Shown: positions 18,279-29,090, counted from the first letter of the stretch. The stretch is 64,000 nt of DNA from an uncultured Gemmatimonadales bacterium (GCA_963701965.1 OY969695.1:544001-608000), one strand, 5' to 3'. Made by a program: numbers and translations. The notes: generated from the letters alone by a model not told the origin.

Positions 18279-20364
18279 ACAGGTCCATCGCCCGGCTATA
18301 GCGCTGCCCGAGCGCGCGGCGCAGGGGCGCATTGACGGTGGATTCGAGATCGGGATCGGCGGCCAGGATCCGTTCCGCGGCCGCCCGCGCCGATTCGTTG
18401 AGGGCCTCGTCGCGCAGTGGATCGGCGATCCGGAACGTCGCCATGCCGCTCTGCTGCTCGCCGAACAAGTCCCCCATCCCCCGCAGCGTGAGGTCGGCGC
18501 GGGCGATCGCGAATCCATCCTCGGTCCCCACGAAGATGTCGAGCCGTGTGGCGGCGTCGGGCGACACGTCGCCGAGCAATACGCAGTACGACGCATCGCC
18601 GCCGCGGCCCACCCGGCCCCGCAGCTGGTGGAGCTGCGAGAGGCCGAACCGTTCCGGATGCTCGATCAACATCACCGTGGCGTTGGGGACGTCGATCCCC
18701 ACCTCGATCACCGTAGTCGCCACCAGGACATCGATCGCGCCATCGCGAAAGGCGCGCATCGTGCGATCGCGCTCGGCGCCGCTCAGCCGGCCGTGCAGCA
18801 GGGCCACGCGCCGCGCCGCGAACGCGCCTCCCGGCGCGGTGAGCGCGGCAAACATCGCCGTTGCCGATTTGAGATCGGTCTTCTCCGACTCCTCGATCAC
18901 CGGATACACGACGTAGGCTTGCCGGCCCCGTCCGATCTCGCGGTCGACGAATTCCAGCACCCGCGCCCGGCCGGACTCGGGGCGGAGCACGGTGGTCACG
19001 GGCTGTCGCCCCGGAGGCCGTTCATCGACCACGCTGACGTCGAGATCTCCGTAGACCGTGAGGGCCAGGGACCGGGGAATCGGCGTGGCGCTCAGGAGCA
19101 GCACGTCGGGACTCTCGCCTTTCGCCGCCAGCGCCTTGCGCTGCTCGACGCCAAACCGGTGCTGCTCGTCGACGATCGCCAGGCCCAGACGGGCGAACTC
19201 CGTCGCTTCCTGCACCAGTGCGTGAGTACCAATGGCCAGTACAGGCTCGGTGCGCGCCAGCCGCTCCGCGGCGGCGCGCCGATCGGCGGCCGACAAGCTA
19301 CCCGTGATCAGGACTGGCGAGAGCGACAGAGGGGCGAGCAAACGCGAGATCGAACCCACGTGCTGTTCGGCCAGGAGCTCGGTCGGCGCCATGAACGCGG
19401 CTTGGAACCCGTTCTCCATGGCCAGCAGCGCCGCGAACAGGGCCACGATGGTCTTGCCGCTGCCCACGTCCCCCTGCACCAACCGATGCATCCGCGTCGG
19501 GCTGCACATGTCGGCCACGATCTCGCGGAGCACGCGCGTCTGCGCGCCGGTGAGCGTGTACGGGAGGGCGCCGCGAAGGGCCAATGTCAGCGCCCGGCGA
19601 TTGGCGAAGACGATGCCGGCGCGCTTGGCGCGGGCCGCGGCATTCGCCCGGCGATGCAGGACCTGTACGAAGAGCAGCTCTTCATACGCCAGCCGGGCCC
19701 GGCCGGCGGCGGCCTCGGCGAGCGTGGCGGGCCGGTGCACCATGCGGATGGCGTCCGGCAACAGCGGGAGATCGACGCCCTCGAGCGCGGACCGCGGAAG
19801 AAATTCGTGCACGTGCGGCAGCAAGGCGTCGAGGTGGCCATCGATCAACGCCCGAATGAGTTTGACGGACAGCCCTTCGGTCGCCGGGTACACGGCGAGG
19901 ACGCGCCCATGCGCTGTCCCCTCCGATTCGTCGCCGAGATTGACGAACTCGCGCGGCTGCAACTGGCGCCCGTGAAAGAACCGCACGGGACCGCTCACCA
20001 ACAACGCGTCGCCCTTGTTGATCTGGCGATCGAGGTACGGCTGACCCGGCCACGAGACCTCGATCATCCCCGTGTCATCGCGGATGACCGCCTGAAAGAT
20101 CCGCAAACCCTTTCGCGTCGGCAGGACGCCTTTCGAGATCACGGTCCCGATCACCGTGGCGTCCATCCCCGGTGCGAGTGACACAATGGGCGAGACGGTG
20201 CTGGCGTCCTCGTAGCGATGGGGAATGTGATAGAGCAGATCGCCGGCGGTCAGGATGTGCAGCCGCCCCAGCGCCTCGGCACGGTGGGGCCCGACGCCCT
20301 TGAGATACGTCACGGGCGTCTCCAGCGTGACCGCCGGCCGCGCACGCGCCGAGGGAACGCTCAT
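18265..20364 (-). CDS. recG: ATP-dependent DNA helicase RecG
   Basis: LKGVGP, QGDVGSGKT, DEQHRFG, SATPIPR, QLHQLRGRVGRG; start revised to ATG 20364. Confidence 0.97.
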   Translation of the reverse strand: MSVPSARARPAVTLETPVTYLKGVGPHRAEALGRLHILTAGDLLYHIPHRYEDASTVSPIVSLAPGMDATVIGTVISKGVLPTRKGLRIFQAVIRDDTGMIEVSWPGQPYLDRQINKGDALLVSGPVRFFHGRQLQPREFVNLGDESEGTAHGRVLAVYPATEGLSVKLIRALIDGHLDALLPHVHEFLPRSALEGVDLPLLPDAIRMVHRPATLAEAAAGRARLAYEELLFVQVLHRRANAAARAKRAGIVFANRRALTLALRGALPYTLTGAQTRVLREIVADMCSPTRMHRLVQGDVGSGKTIVALFAALLAMENGFQAAFMAPTELLAEQHVGSISRLLAPLSLSPVLITGSLSAADRRAAAERLARTEPVLAIGTHALVQEATEFARLGLAIVDEQHRFGVEQRKALAAKGESPDVLLLSATPIPRSLALTVYGDLDVSVVDERPPGRQPVTTVLRPESGRARVLEFVDREIGRGRQAYVVYPVIEESEKTDLKSATAMFAALTAPGGAFAARRVALLHGRLSGAERDRTMRAFRDGAIDVLVATTVIEVGIDVPNATVMLIEHPERFGLSQLHQLRGRVGRGGDASYCVLLGDVSPDAATRLDIFVGTEDGFAIARADLTLRGMGDLFGEQQSGMATFRIADPLRDEALNESARAAAERILAADPDLESTVNAPLRRALGQRYSRAMDLFRVG

Positions 20365-21296
20365 GCGCCGTCGAGCAGCTCGCGCGCAAACTCGGCCGCG
20401 TCGAACGGCGCGAGATCGTCGACCTGCTCTCCGGTCCCGATGAACTTCACCGGGACGTCGATCGCTTCGTGCACGGCGACGACGATGCCCCCCTTCGCCG
20501 TCCCGTCCACCTTGGTGACGACGAGTCCCGTGACCGGGACCGCGTCGGCGAACGTCCGCGCCTGCACGATCGCGTTCTGTCCGATCGTGCCATCGAGCAC
20601 CAGCAGGGTCTCGTGCGGAGCCCCGGGGCGGCGCTTGCCGATCACGCGGACGACTTTGCGCAGCTCGTCCATCAGGTTCCCGCTCGTGTGCAAACGGCCC
20701 GCGGTGTCGATGATCACGACGTCGGCCTTGGCGCGCGTAGCGGCATCGAGCGCATCGACCGCGACAGCCGCCGGGTCCCGCCCCACCGTCGCGCCGACGA
20801 ACTCGGCCTTCGAGCGCTCCGCCCACACGCGCAACTGATCGATGGCCCCGGCCCGGAACGTGTCGCCGGCGGCCACGACGACGCGCTTGCGGTCGCGCCG
20901 CAGGCGCTCCGCCAGCTTGCCAATGAACGTCGTCTTCCCCGCCCCGTTGACCCCGATCACCAGGATCACGGTGGGGATTTCAGGGGCGAGCACCAGCGAC
21001 GCATCGTGGCGGCCCGTTTCGAGCGCGCGTTCCACGCCCGCGCGAAGCGCGGCGAGAAACTCATCCTGGGTGACGACCTCCCCCCGCCCCGCCAAATGCT
21101 CGACGTCGGCGACGAGCCGCATGGTCGTCGCCACGCCAAGGTCGGCGTCGAGCAGGACTTCCTCCAGTCGCTCCAACGACCCTTGATCGGGTCCGCCCCG
21201 CACGACGACGCCCACGTCGGCGAGCGCGATGTCCTTGATCCGTTGCCACAGCGAGCGCTTGGGCACGTCGCCCGCGCGCTGGAAAATACGTCCCAT
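20361..21296 (-). CDS. ftsY: Signal recognition particle receptor FtsY (NG domain only)
   Basis: GVNGAGKTT, DTFRAGA, DTAGR, TKVDGTAKGG, GTGE. Confidence 0.97.
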   Translation of the reverse strand: MGRIFQRAGDVPKRSLWQRIKDIALADVGVVVRGGPDQGSLERLEEVLLDADLGVATTMRLVADVEHLAGRGEVVTQDEFLAALRAGVERALETGRHDASLVLAPEIPTVILVIGVNGAGKTTFIGKLAERLRRDRKRVVVAAGDTFRAGAIDQLRVWAERSKAEFVGATVGRDPAAVAVDALDAATRAKADVVIIDTAGRLHTSGNLMDELRKVVRVIGKRRPGAPHETLLVLDGTIGQNAIVQARTFADAVPVTGLVVTKVDGTAKGGIVVAVHEAIDVPVKFIGTGEQVDDLAPFDAAEFARELLDGA

Positions 21297-21301
21297 TCAA
21301 C

Positions 21302-23167
21302 TCACCGAAGACCGAGAGACCGGCGGACGACCCATTCCCCGCAGAGAATCGCGACGACCACCAGATAGATCCACCACACCGTCCGCACCCGCACGGCCAA
21401 CCCGGCGACCGCGCTGCCGCCAATGGCGCCGGCTCGCACGCGTTCGCGATTGGGTATCCACTCGCGCGACGGGTTCACGACCAACAACGACGCGCCGCCG
21501 GTCGTGCGCACGTCGTACACGCCGCGCGCCATTGGCGCCGACTCGGCGGTCGCCTCGGCTCCGAAATGCAGCGCCAGCGTGTCCACGAACCCGCTGCCGC
21601 GCTCCGTCAGGATGGCGGTCACGACCGAGTCGCTGCCCGAACCTCGGCGCCACTGCACGGGCTCGCCGGCCCGCACCGCGCCTTCGACGGGCAACGCGAC
21701 GCGGACGTCGGGCCGCTCCGCCGACAACCAATCAAAGATACCCCCCCACAACGCGGCATAGGCCTGCGCGGTGACTCCCCCGCGAAACTGCCAGCGCCAG
21801 AGTCCGGTCGCGTTCACGATGACGACACGCCGCCCGGTCTCCGTGCCCATGACCGCCTCGCGCGGATCGAATCGCCGCGCACGTTTCGCCTCCAACCCCG
21901 CCCAGTACTGCCCTTGCCGGGCAGTACTGGGACTGTCGGTTTGAAGGTCTGGCTGCGCCGGCCCGCGACGCATGCTGCCTCGTGTGCCGGAAGGAGCGAC
22001 CTCTATGGGCGGCAGGCTGTCCCACGGAACACCGGCGAGTGCGGCCGCCAGCGGCGAGGCCGGCGCGCCGGTCGCATACCACTCGCCGGCCTCTTCGCCA
22101 GTGGGACCGGGAAAAAGCACGAGCGACCCGCGCGTGGCCGTCCGCGGCACCCCGAACACCGACGTGTCTCCGTGCAGCACCACGAGCGGCGCCGTCGTCG
22201 CGGCCTTCCGCACATCCGCCTCGCTCACCGACGCCAGCGTGCCGTCGACGCGCCAATTTCCGGGCGCGACGCGAAAAAATCCGCGCGTCGGCAGGGAGAC
22301 GGCGCCCCGCAGGACCGCCAGCGCGTAGCGCGCGTCGTAGTCCGGCGACGTCGACACGAACACCGCGCCCGCCGCGGGCGAGATCTCCAGGGGGCGCTCG
22401 AGGGTGTCGTTTCTCGCCTCGACATCTCCGGGCGCCGTCACCACGGCGCGCAAGAGACCAGCACCTTCCTGGGTCGGGACGATGACGTGCGCGGGGAGTA
22501 CACGCTCCCCGTGGGCCTCCAGCGGAGCGATGGGGATCGTCGCCAACGGCTTACTGGCGAACGACACGACAAGCGTACCCGCGGGCGCTCCGCCAGCGCC
22601 CGCGGCGATGGTCACCTCCACGGGCACGGTATCACCGCCCACCGCCGCCCGCGGCGCGTCCATCCCCACGACCGCGAGATCGTTCGCCGCCGGCCGGGGG
22701 ATCACATCGATCCGCGATCCCGCCGGCAGGTTGGCCAGCGCGTCGGGATCATCCAACTCCCCATCGGTGACAATGGTGATGGGCCGGCCCGCGGCCAGCG
22801 CCCGATCCACCACGGCTCGCGACGACGAGCGGGTGTCGACCGGCGTCGCCGGTGGCCCGGCCCGTCGGATCGAGTCGCCGAAGACGAAGGACGAGTCGGC
22901 CGTTCGCGCGAGGGCGCGAAAGTGCGCGAGGGCCTGGGCGTACGGCGCGCCGCCGCCGCGCTGCCAGCTCGCCGACACGTCGAGCGCCGCGAATGGCCGC
23001 GCCGCCGCGGCGCACCCGGCCGGCGCGTCCAGCAGCAGCGCGGCGAGGAGCGTGATGGCCAGCGCCCGCAGCACGGCGGCCGGCAGCTCGCGGCGCCGCC
23101 CCGCGACGCCATACTGCAGCGCCGCGACGCCGGCGCCCGCAAGTACGGCGACCAGCCATGGAATCAT
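21302..23167 (-). CDS. Hypothetical membrane protein (vWA-like, Ig-like and GATase-like extracytoplasmic regions)
   Basis: N-terminal TM pair, DVSAS MIDAS-like motif and VTDGE, WRW motif, C-terminal TM ending EWVVRR..GL. Confidence 0.7.
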   Translation of the reverse strand: MIPWLVAVLAGAGVAALQYGVAGRRRELPAAVLRALAITLLAALLLDAPAGCAAAARPFAALDVSASWQRGGGAPYAQALAHFRALARTADSSFVFGDSIRRAGPPATPVDTRSSSRAVVDRALAAGRPITIVTDGELDDPDALANLPAGSRIDVIPRPAANDLAVVGMDAPRAAVGGDTVPVEVTIAAGAGGAPAGTLVVSFASKPLATIPIAPLEAHGERVLPAHVIVPTQEGAGLLRAVVTAPGDVEARNDTLERPLEISPAAGAVFVSTSPDYDARYALAVLRGAVSLPTRGFFRVAPGNWRVDGTLASVSEADVRKAATTAPLVVLHGDTSVFGVPRTATRGSLVLFPGPTGEEAGEWYATGAPASPLAAALAGVPWDSLPPIEVAPSGTRGSMRRGPAQPDLQTDSPSTARQGQYWAGLEAKRARRFDPREAVMGTETGRRVVIVNATGLWRWQFRGGVTAQAYAALWGGIFDWLSAERPDVRVALPVEGAVRAGEPVQWRRGSGSDSVVTAILTERGSGFVDTLALHFGAEATAESAPMARGVYDVRTTGGASLLVVNPSREWIPNRERVRAGAIGGSAVAGLAVRVRTVWWIYLVVVAILCGEWVVRRSLGLR

Positions 23168-23208
23168 CCCTGTAGATTGTGCGCCTGTGGTAGGCGCGCG
23201 CTACTTGC

Positions 23209-24486
23209 CTAGCGTACGACCAGCCTGACTGGCCCGTCGTTCGCCGCCAACGCGGCGAGGTAGCGCGCGCGCAAGGCGTCGAACGCCGGCCGGTCGGCGG
23301 CGGCCAATGGCTCACCGCCGGTGGACTTGAGCGCCGACCGCGGATCGCGCTGCACGCCGTTGACCAACACCTCGAAATGCAGGTGGGGCGCGGTGGCCAG
23401 GCCTGTCATGCCCACGTACGCGATCGTCTTGCCAATGTCGACGTGCGCGCCCTCGCGAATGCCCTGGGCAAACCGCAGCAGATGCCCGTACCGCGTCACA
23501 TATCCGTTCTTGTGCCGCAGATCGATGACGTTGCCGTATCCGTGCTTCTGCCCGGCAAAGATCACCCGGGCATCACCGATCGCGCGGACCGGCGTGCCTT
23601 GGGCCGCTGCGTAGTCCGTCCCTTTATGCTGGCGCCACACGCCGAGAATCGGATGCTTGCGCATGCCGAACACGCTGGAGATCCGGCGGAACTCGAGCGG
23701 CGCGCGGAGGAACGTATTGCGCAACGACCGGCCGGCCCGGTCGTAGTAGCCGTTTGGCTCGGCGCCGCCGGCGAACCAGATGGCCTCGGTCGTATCGCGG
23801 GAGAGCACGAAGGTCGTGGCCATGACGTGCCCGATGCGCACCACGCCCTGGGGCCCCGTCTGCCGCTCGAACAGCGCGCGGAACGTGTCGCCAGCCTGCA
23901 AATCGCGGCTCATGTCGACGCGATAGTCGAGGATGTCGGCCAGCGCCCACGCCAACTCGGCGCGCGCGGTCTTGGGCAGGATCTGCGCCGCGCCATCATC
24001 CAACGCTTGGTACAGATTCGCGCGAATCGTGCCCGCGACGACTACGGTGTCGGTGGTCCATGGCAAATGTTCATCCCGCCCTTCCCACGTTCCCGTCGTT
24101 GTCGGTCTCAGGTGAACGACGTGATCAATGGCGTACCTGAGCTGGATCTCGCCCGGCAGGCTGTCGCCTGCCTGGCGATCGATCTCCACCAGGAGCCCGG
24201 CGGGGACGCGACGCTCATCGAGCGACGGCACGGCGCGGAGCGCCGCTGCCGCCGTGGACGGCGCGACGTTGGCACGGGCGAAAAGCTGCGACAGCGTCTC
24301 ACCCGGTCGCAGAGTGTCGGTGACGACGGTCGTGGGGGGATTGGCGGGTTGGACGGGATGGTCGGGTACAGCGACCAAAACGGCCGGAGTCTTCCGGCCG
24401 TCAACGGGTGGCGTCAGAGCGAGCGCCGCCGCAAGCAGAAGCGCGACCACCGAGTAGGTGACCGCGCGGGCAACCTTCGCCGTCAA
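23209..24486 (-). CDS. M23-family peptidoglycan DD-endopeptidase (MepM-like)
   Basis: HKGTD (HxxxD), YGH and PHLH (HxH) zinc motifs; N-terminal anchor; TTG start overlaps the ftsZ stop. Confidence 0.92.
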   Translation of the reverse strand: MTAKVARAVTYSVVALLLAAALALTPPVDGRKTPAVLVAVPDHPVQPANPPTTVVTDTLRPGETLSQLFARANVAPSTAAAALRAVPSLDERRVPAGLLVEIDRQAGDSLPGEIQLRYAIDHVVHLRPTTTGTWEGRDEHLPWTTDTVVVAGTIRANLYQALDDGAAQILPKTARAELAWALADILDYRVDMSRDLQAGDTFRALFERQTGPQGVVRIGHVMATTFVLSRDTTEAIWFAGGAEPNGYYDRAGRSLRNTFLRAPLEFRRISSVFGMRKHPILGVWRQHKGTDYAAAQGTPVRAIGDARVIFAGQKHGYGNVIDLRHKNGYVTRYGHLLRFAQGIREGAHVDIGKTIAYVGMTGLATAPHLHFEVLVNGVQRDPRSALKSTGGEPLAAADRPAFDALRARYLAALAANDGPVRLVVR

Positions 24487-25646
24487 TCCATCTGTCTCCG
24501 GATGAATGTCGGGATCTCCATATCGGAGAGATCCTGATCGCCGGAGCGCTCCGCTCCGGCCGAGCGCCGCGGGAGATCCGCGACGACAGGCCGCGCCGCG
24601 CGCGGTTGCCGCTGGGTGGGAAAGGGCAGCACCGGCGGCCCGCTCCCCTTCGCCGTATGCGCCGCAATGCTCCCGGTCGCGGCGTGTGGCCGGTCGAACC
24701 CGGTGGCGATGACCGTCACCCGGATTTCGCCCTGCATCGCCGGCTCATGCACGGCGCCGAAAATGATCTCGGCGTCGTCACCCACCGCGTCATGGATGAT
24801 CTCGTTGATCTGGTGGACTTCGCCCAAGGTCAGATCGGCCCCGCCCGTGATGTTGACGAGGACGCCGGTCGCGCCCGAGATCGAGATGTTGTCGAGCAGC
24901 GGCGACGAGATCGCCTGCTGCGCCGCTTCCATGGCGCGGTTCTCCCCGCGCCCGACCCCGGTGCCCATGAGCGCGCTACCGCCGGCCTGCATGACGGTGC
25001 GCACATCGGCGAAGTCGACGTTCACGAGTCCGGTGACGCTGATCAACGAGGAGATACCCTGCGTAGCGTGGAGGAGCACCTCGTCGGCTTTCTTGAGGGC
25101 ATCCTGGAACGGAATGCCTTTGCCGACCACCGCGAGCAGGCGCTCATTCGGCACGACGATCATCGTGTCGACGTTGTTACGCATCTCGTTGATGCCGCTC
25201 TCGGCCTGTCGCATCCGTTTCTTGCCTTCAAACAAGAACGGCTTGGTGACGATGCCAACCGTGAGCGCCCCGGCGGCGCGGGCCAGCTCGCAGATCACAG
25301 GCGCCGCCCCGGTGCCGGTGCCGCCGCCCATGCCGCAGGTAATGAAGACGAGGTCGGCGCCAATGAGCGCCCGCTCCACGTCCTCTTTGCTCTCCTCGAT
25401 CGCCTGGCGGCCGATCTCCGGCCGGGCGCCGGCTCCGAGTCCGCGTGTCAGTTTCTTGCCGATCTGAATCTTGACGTCGGATTTGGAGTTCAGTAGCGCC
25501 TGGGCGTCGGTGTTCACGGAGATGAACTCGACACCCTCCAGGTGCTCCTCGATCATGCGGTTGACGGCGTTACCGCCGCCGCCGCCCACGCCCACCACCT
25601 TCATGCGGGCGTTCTGAGACGCGCTCTCCTCGAACTCGAAAATCAT
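24483..25646 (-). CDS. ftsZ: Cell division GTPase FtsZ
   Basis: [23 protein letters not shown]-terminal [11 protein letters not shown]. Confidence 0.99.
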   Translation of the reverse strand: MIFEFEESASQNARMKVVGVGGGGGNAVNRMIEEHLEGVEFISVNTDAQALLNSKSDVKIQIGKKLTRGLGAGARPEIGRQAIEESKEDVERALIGADLVFITCGMGGGTGTGAAPVICELARAAGALTVGIVTKPFLFEGKKRMRQAESGINEMRNNVDTMIVVPNERLLAVVGKGIPFQDALKKADEVLLHATQGISSLISVTGLVNVDFADVRTVMQAGGSALMGTGVGRGENRAMEAAQQAISSPLLDNISISGATGVLVNITGGADLTLGEVHQINEIIHDAVGDDAEIIFGAVHEPAMQGEIRVTVIATGFDRPHAATGSIAAHTAKGSGPPVLPFPTQRQPRAARPVVADLPRRSAGAERSGDQDLSDMEIPTFIRRQMD

Positions 25647-25653
25647 AGGAGCG

Positions 25654-25659
25654 ATTGTA
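25654..25659 (-). promoter_or_regulatory. Putative -10 element TACAAT, 7 nt upstream of the ftsZ ATG (leaderless-type promoter)
   Basis: Minus strand reads ...CTCCTACAATCGCTCCT-ATG; no Shine-Dalgarno sequence. Confidence 0.5.
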
Positions 25660-25671
25660 GGAGCGAGCGAA

Positions 25672-25680
25672 TGTGGAAAA
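25672..25680 (-). promoter_or_regulatory. DnaA box TTTTCCACA
   Basis: Plus strand TGTGGAAAA; matches the TT(A/T)TNCACA consensus. Confidence 0.55.
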
Positions 25681-25760
25681 CTTTAGCCGAGGACATACCG
25701 GGCCGCGGCAATATAACAAGTTTTACGCCGGTGGGAGCAGCAATTTTTTACCGGCGAATG

Positions 25761-25769
25761 TTATCCACA
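25761..25769 (+). promoter_or_regulatory. DnaA box TTATCCACA (perfect consensus)
   Basis: Exact 9-mer in an AT-rich intergenic gap; inverted relative to the 25672 box. Confidence 0.6.
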
Positions 25770-25771
25770 TT

Positions 25772-27031
25772 TTAGAAAAAATCTTGGAGCCAGGTCCGGA
25801 CCCGTTCGATGAGTTTGTCGACGCCTGGACCGCCCAGGGCGCCCCGGCGGCTCGCCGAGCCCGCCCCGCCCAAGGCCAGGCGGTGCCCGCCGTACAGCGC
25901 GAGCCCGGTCACGGTGGCAAACCGCGGCGCCTGAACGGTCTCGGTGAGCCCGGTAAGCGAAGCGCCCGGCGCGCCAACCCGAACGCCGATACCGAACACG
26001 TCGGTCGCCAAATCGGTGATGCCCGGCAGCGCCGCGGCCCCGCCCGTCAGCACGACCCCGGAGCTCAGCCGCCGCGCGTAGCCGGCATTCGTGATGTCGC
26101 GCTGAACGAGGTCGAAGATTTCGTCGACCCGCTGATGGATGATGTGCGTCAGCGAACCGTGGTCGATCGTGCGCTCGCCCTGCGCGGCGGTGCCGGGGAG
26201 CGGAATCATGAGATCAGGATCGGCCGCGCCCTCGTAGGCGCACCCGTAGCGCTCCTTGAGCCGCTCGGCGTCGTCCGGCGTCACTTTGAGCCCGAGCACG
26301 AGATCGTTGGTGACGCTGTTGCCGCCAAACGCGATCGTGGCCAGATGCCGGATCTTGCCTTCGTGGAAGATCGCCAGGTCGGTGGATCCGGCACCCATCT
26401 CCACCAGAGCGACGCCGAGCTCCTTCTCATCGTCAGTGAGCACGCTCAGCGCTGATGCGAGCGGCTCCAACACCAGCTCGCGCACGCGGTAGCCCGCGCG
26501 CTCGACGGCCTTGCGCAGGTTCATCGCCGGCGAGGCGCCGATCGTGACCAGGTACATCTCGGTCTCGAGCCGCGTGCCGATCATGCCGACGGGATCGCGG
26601 ATGCCTTGGTTGCGGTCGACGGTGTACTCCTGCGGGATGGCGTGCAGGAGCTCGCGATCGGCCGGCACCGCCTGGGCGCGCGCCACGTCGTTGGCGCGTT
26701 CCACGTCGGCCTTGGTGATCTCATCGCCGTTGACGGCGACAACCCCGGGCGACGTCATCGCCTGGACGTGTTCGCCCGTGATGCCGACGTAGAGATCGGT
26801 GACGTGCTGTCCCGCCATCCGCTCCGCGTCCTCCATGGCTTTGCGGATCGAACGCGTCGTCTCTTCGATGTCGGTGACGACCCCACGGCGCAAGCCCGTC
26901 GTGCGGGTCCGCCCCACGCCGAGGATCTTGATCTGCGGGCTGCGCGGAAGGTCGCCGACGACCTCGGCGATCACCGCCGTCGTCTTCGCCGAACCAATGT
27001 CGAGACCGGCCACCAGTCGGTCGACGTTCAC
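25772..27031 (-). CDS. ftsA: Cell division protein FtsA
   Basis: GLDIGSAK, LHAIPQEY, DDEKELGV, GVVLTGGAA, C-terminal amphipathic WLQDFF. Confidence 0.97.
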   Translation of the reverse strand: MNVDRLVAGLDIGSAKTTAVIAEVVGDLPRSPQIKILGVGRTRTTGLRRGVVTDIEETTRSIRKAMEDAERMAGQHVTDLYVGITGEHVQAMTSPGVVAVNGDEITKADVERANDVARAQAVPADRELLHAIPQEYTVDRNQGIRDPVGMIGTRLETEMYLVTIGASPAMNLRKAVERAGYRVRELVLEPLASALSVLTDDEKELGVALVEMGAGSTDLAIFHEGKIRHLATIAFGGNSVTNDLVLGLKVTPDDAERLKERYGCAYEGAADPDLMIPLPGTAAQGERTIDHGSLTHIIHQRVDEIFDLVQRDITNAGYARRLSSGVVLTGGAAALPGITDLATDVFGIGVRVGAPGASLTGLTETVQAPRFATVTGLALYGGHRLALGGAGSASRRGALGGPGVDKLIERVRTWLQDFF

Positions 27032-27711
27032 TCGAGCCTCGCTACGACTTGATCGCGATACCGCAAATCGAGCTCCGTGAAACGCACGCCACGGCGCGCC
27101 AGATCGGCAGCCACCGGCAACGCATCGGCCAGCCGCGCCGGCGTCACGTCGGCGTGGGCGAGGACGACGCCGGCGTCCAGACGCACGATGAGATCATCGT
27201 GACCCCGGCGATGGATGGCATTGATGCGCGCGAACAGCGCCGGCGCCGCGGTCTCGATCCCGCCCAGGAGACGCGCCAGCAGGGCGTCGGGGCGATCGAG
27301 CACCGGGAGATCGACGTCGGCCGTCGCCGGGTCGATCGGCAACGCGGCGCCACGATCATCGTAGACCTTGAGGCCATCGGGTGTCGGTGCCAACGCCACC
27401 GGCACGGCCTCGGTCACCTGCACGACCAGGATGCCCGGCAGCTCGCGTTTCACCTCGGCATGTCGCACCAACGCCCGCGCGCCGATGCGCGCGGCCAGCG
27501 GCCGCAGATCATCCCACGTCGACATGGTGGTATCGACGCGCATGGCCGCGACGACGTCGCGCGGTGACAGATAGTGCGTGCCCACGACGCGGACCTGACG
27601 CACCCGAAAGAACGCCAGCTCGCGGAGCACGCGACGTCCCCACCAGGGACCGGTCACCAGCAGGGCCGCCGCGATCACCGCCAGCGCCACGGGCAACGGA
27701 CGAATGCTCAT
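27028..27711 (-). CDS. ftsQ: Cell division protein FtsQ/DivIB
   Basis: TM then POTRA (FFRVRQVRVVG...RELPG), C-terminal DLRYRDQVV; lies between murC and ftsA. Confidence 0.9.
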   Translation of the reverse strand: MSIRPLPVALAVIAAALLVTGPWWGRRVLRELAFFRVRQVRVVGTHYLSPRDVVAAMRVDTTMSTWDDLRPLAARIGARALVRHAEVKRELPGILVVQVTEAVPVALAPTPDGLKVYDDRGAALPIDPATADVDLPVLDRPDALLARLLGGIETAAPALFARINAIHRRGHDDLIVRLDAGVVLAHADVTPARLADALPVAADLARRGVRFTELDLRYRDQVVARLE

Positions 27712-29090
27712 GCCGCGGCTCCCTGGAGCGCCGCGAGCAACTCGGGCCCGGTCCGTGTGATGTCGCCGGCGCCAAGCGTGAGCACGACGTCGCCGGGCCG
27801 CACGGTTTCGGCGAGCGCTCGCGCCAGCGCGCCGCGCGCCCCACGCCAGGCCACCGGTCGCCCGGACGCGCGCGCCGCATTGGCGATGAGATCAGAAGAG
27901 ACGCCGGGCAAAGGTTGTTCCCGCGCCGGGTAGATATCCGTGAGGAAAACGAGATCCGCGCGTCCGAGCGCGCGGCCAAACTCGCCGGCGAAATCCCGCG
28001 TGCGCGTAAAGAGATGCGGTTGAAAGGCCACGACCAGCCGCCGCTCCGGATACGCCGCGCGCGCGGCGTCGAGCGTCGCGGCGATCTCCGTGGGATGGTG
28101 GGCGTAGTCGTCGATGATCGCCACACCGGCGACTTCGCCGAGACGCTGGAAGCGGCGCTCGACACCACCAAATCGCCCCAACCCGGACGCCATGGCTTCG
28201 AGCGATACGCCCTGCGAAATGCCGACGGCTATCGCGGCCAGCGCGTTGCGGACGTTGTGCAGGCCCGGCACGCGAAGCGTGACCGGACCCAACGTCTCCC
28301 CATCGTATACCACGGTGAACCGGGATCCCGTGCCGACGAACGAGACATCACGGGCCGCGAGCCGCGCGTCCGGCGATGTCGTCCCGTAGCGGATCACTTC
28401 GCACCCACTGGGTGTGGGCAGGGCATTGGCGCCCGGGTCGTCGGCGCACAAAATGATCCAGCGCGCCGGCAGCACGAACTGGGCGAACGCCGCGCGAATG
28501 TCGGCGAGATCCCGATAGATGTCGAGGTGGTCGGCCTCCATGTTGGTGACCACCGCGATCGTCGGCGTCAAGGCCAGGAACGACCGGTCGTACTCGTCGG
28601 CCTCGACGACGAACACGGACTCGCCGCCCGCACGCAGGTTGCCGCCCCACTCGGCGACGCGTCCGCCGACGACACCGGTGGGCGACCGCCCCGCCGCGGC
28701 CAGCGCCTCGGTGGTCATCACGGTCGTCGTGGTCTTGCCGTGCGTTCCCGCAATGGCTACCACGGTCCCGCCGTGCACCGCCTCGGCCAACGCTTCCGCA
28801 CGCCGGATGACCGGCAGCCCGGCCGCCCGCGCGGCCACGACCTCGGGGAGATCCGGGCGGATCGCGGACGAGACCACGACCGCGCGCACACCGGTGAGAT
28901 GCGCGGGGTCATGCCCGGTCGCGACCGGGATGCCCAAGCGGCGCAGATCATCCGCCGCCTCGGGATGCGCGTCGCACCCGGTGACGCGCGCGCCGCGGCG
29001 GACGAACAGCTCGGCCAGCGCGCTCATTCCCGCGCCGGCAATGCCGATGAAGTGAATGGGCCGACTGTCGGAACCGCCGAGGAGAGACAT
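27708..29090 (-). CDS. murC: UDP-N-acetylmuramate--L-alanine ligase
   Basis: HFIGIAGAGMS, GTHGKTTT, EADEYD, DDYAHHPTE, FQPH; start revised to ATG 29090. Confidence 0.97.
   Translation of the reverse strand: MSLLGGSDSRPIHFIGIAGAGMSALAELFVRRGARVTGCDAHPEAADDLRRLGIPVATGHDPAHLTGVRAVVVSSAIRPDLPEVVAARAAGLPVIRRAEALAEAVHGGTVVAIAGTHGKTTTTVMTTEALAAAGRSPTGVVGGRVAEWGGNLRAGGESVFVVEADEYDRSFLALTPTIAVVTNMEADHLDIYRDLADIRAAFAQFVLPARWIILCADDPGANALPTPSGCEVIRYGTTSPDARLAARDVSFVGTGSRFTVVYDGETLGPVTLRVPGLHNVRNALAAIAVGISQGVSLEAMASGLGRFGGVERRFQRLGEVAGVAIIDDYAHHPTEIAATLDAARAAYPERRLVVAFQPHLFTRTRDFAGEFGRALGRADLVFLTDIYPAREQPLPGVSSDLIANAARASGRPVAWRGARGALARALAETVRPGDVVLTLGAGDITRTGPELLAALQGAAA

Noticed and set aside
25647..25771. 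oriC or an intrinsic terminator in the ftsA-ftsZ gap
   Set aside because: Only two DnaA boxes in 125 bp and no clear unwinding element. The inner hairpin is not followed by a U-tract in the transcribed (minus) direction.
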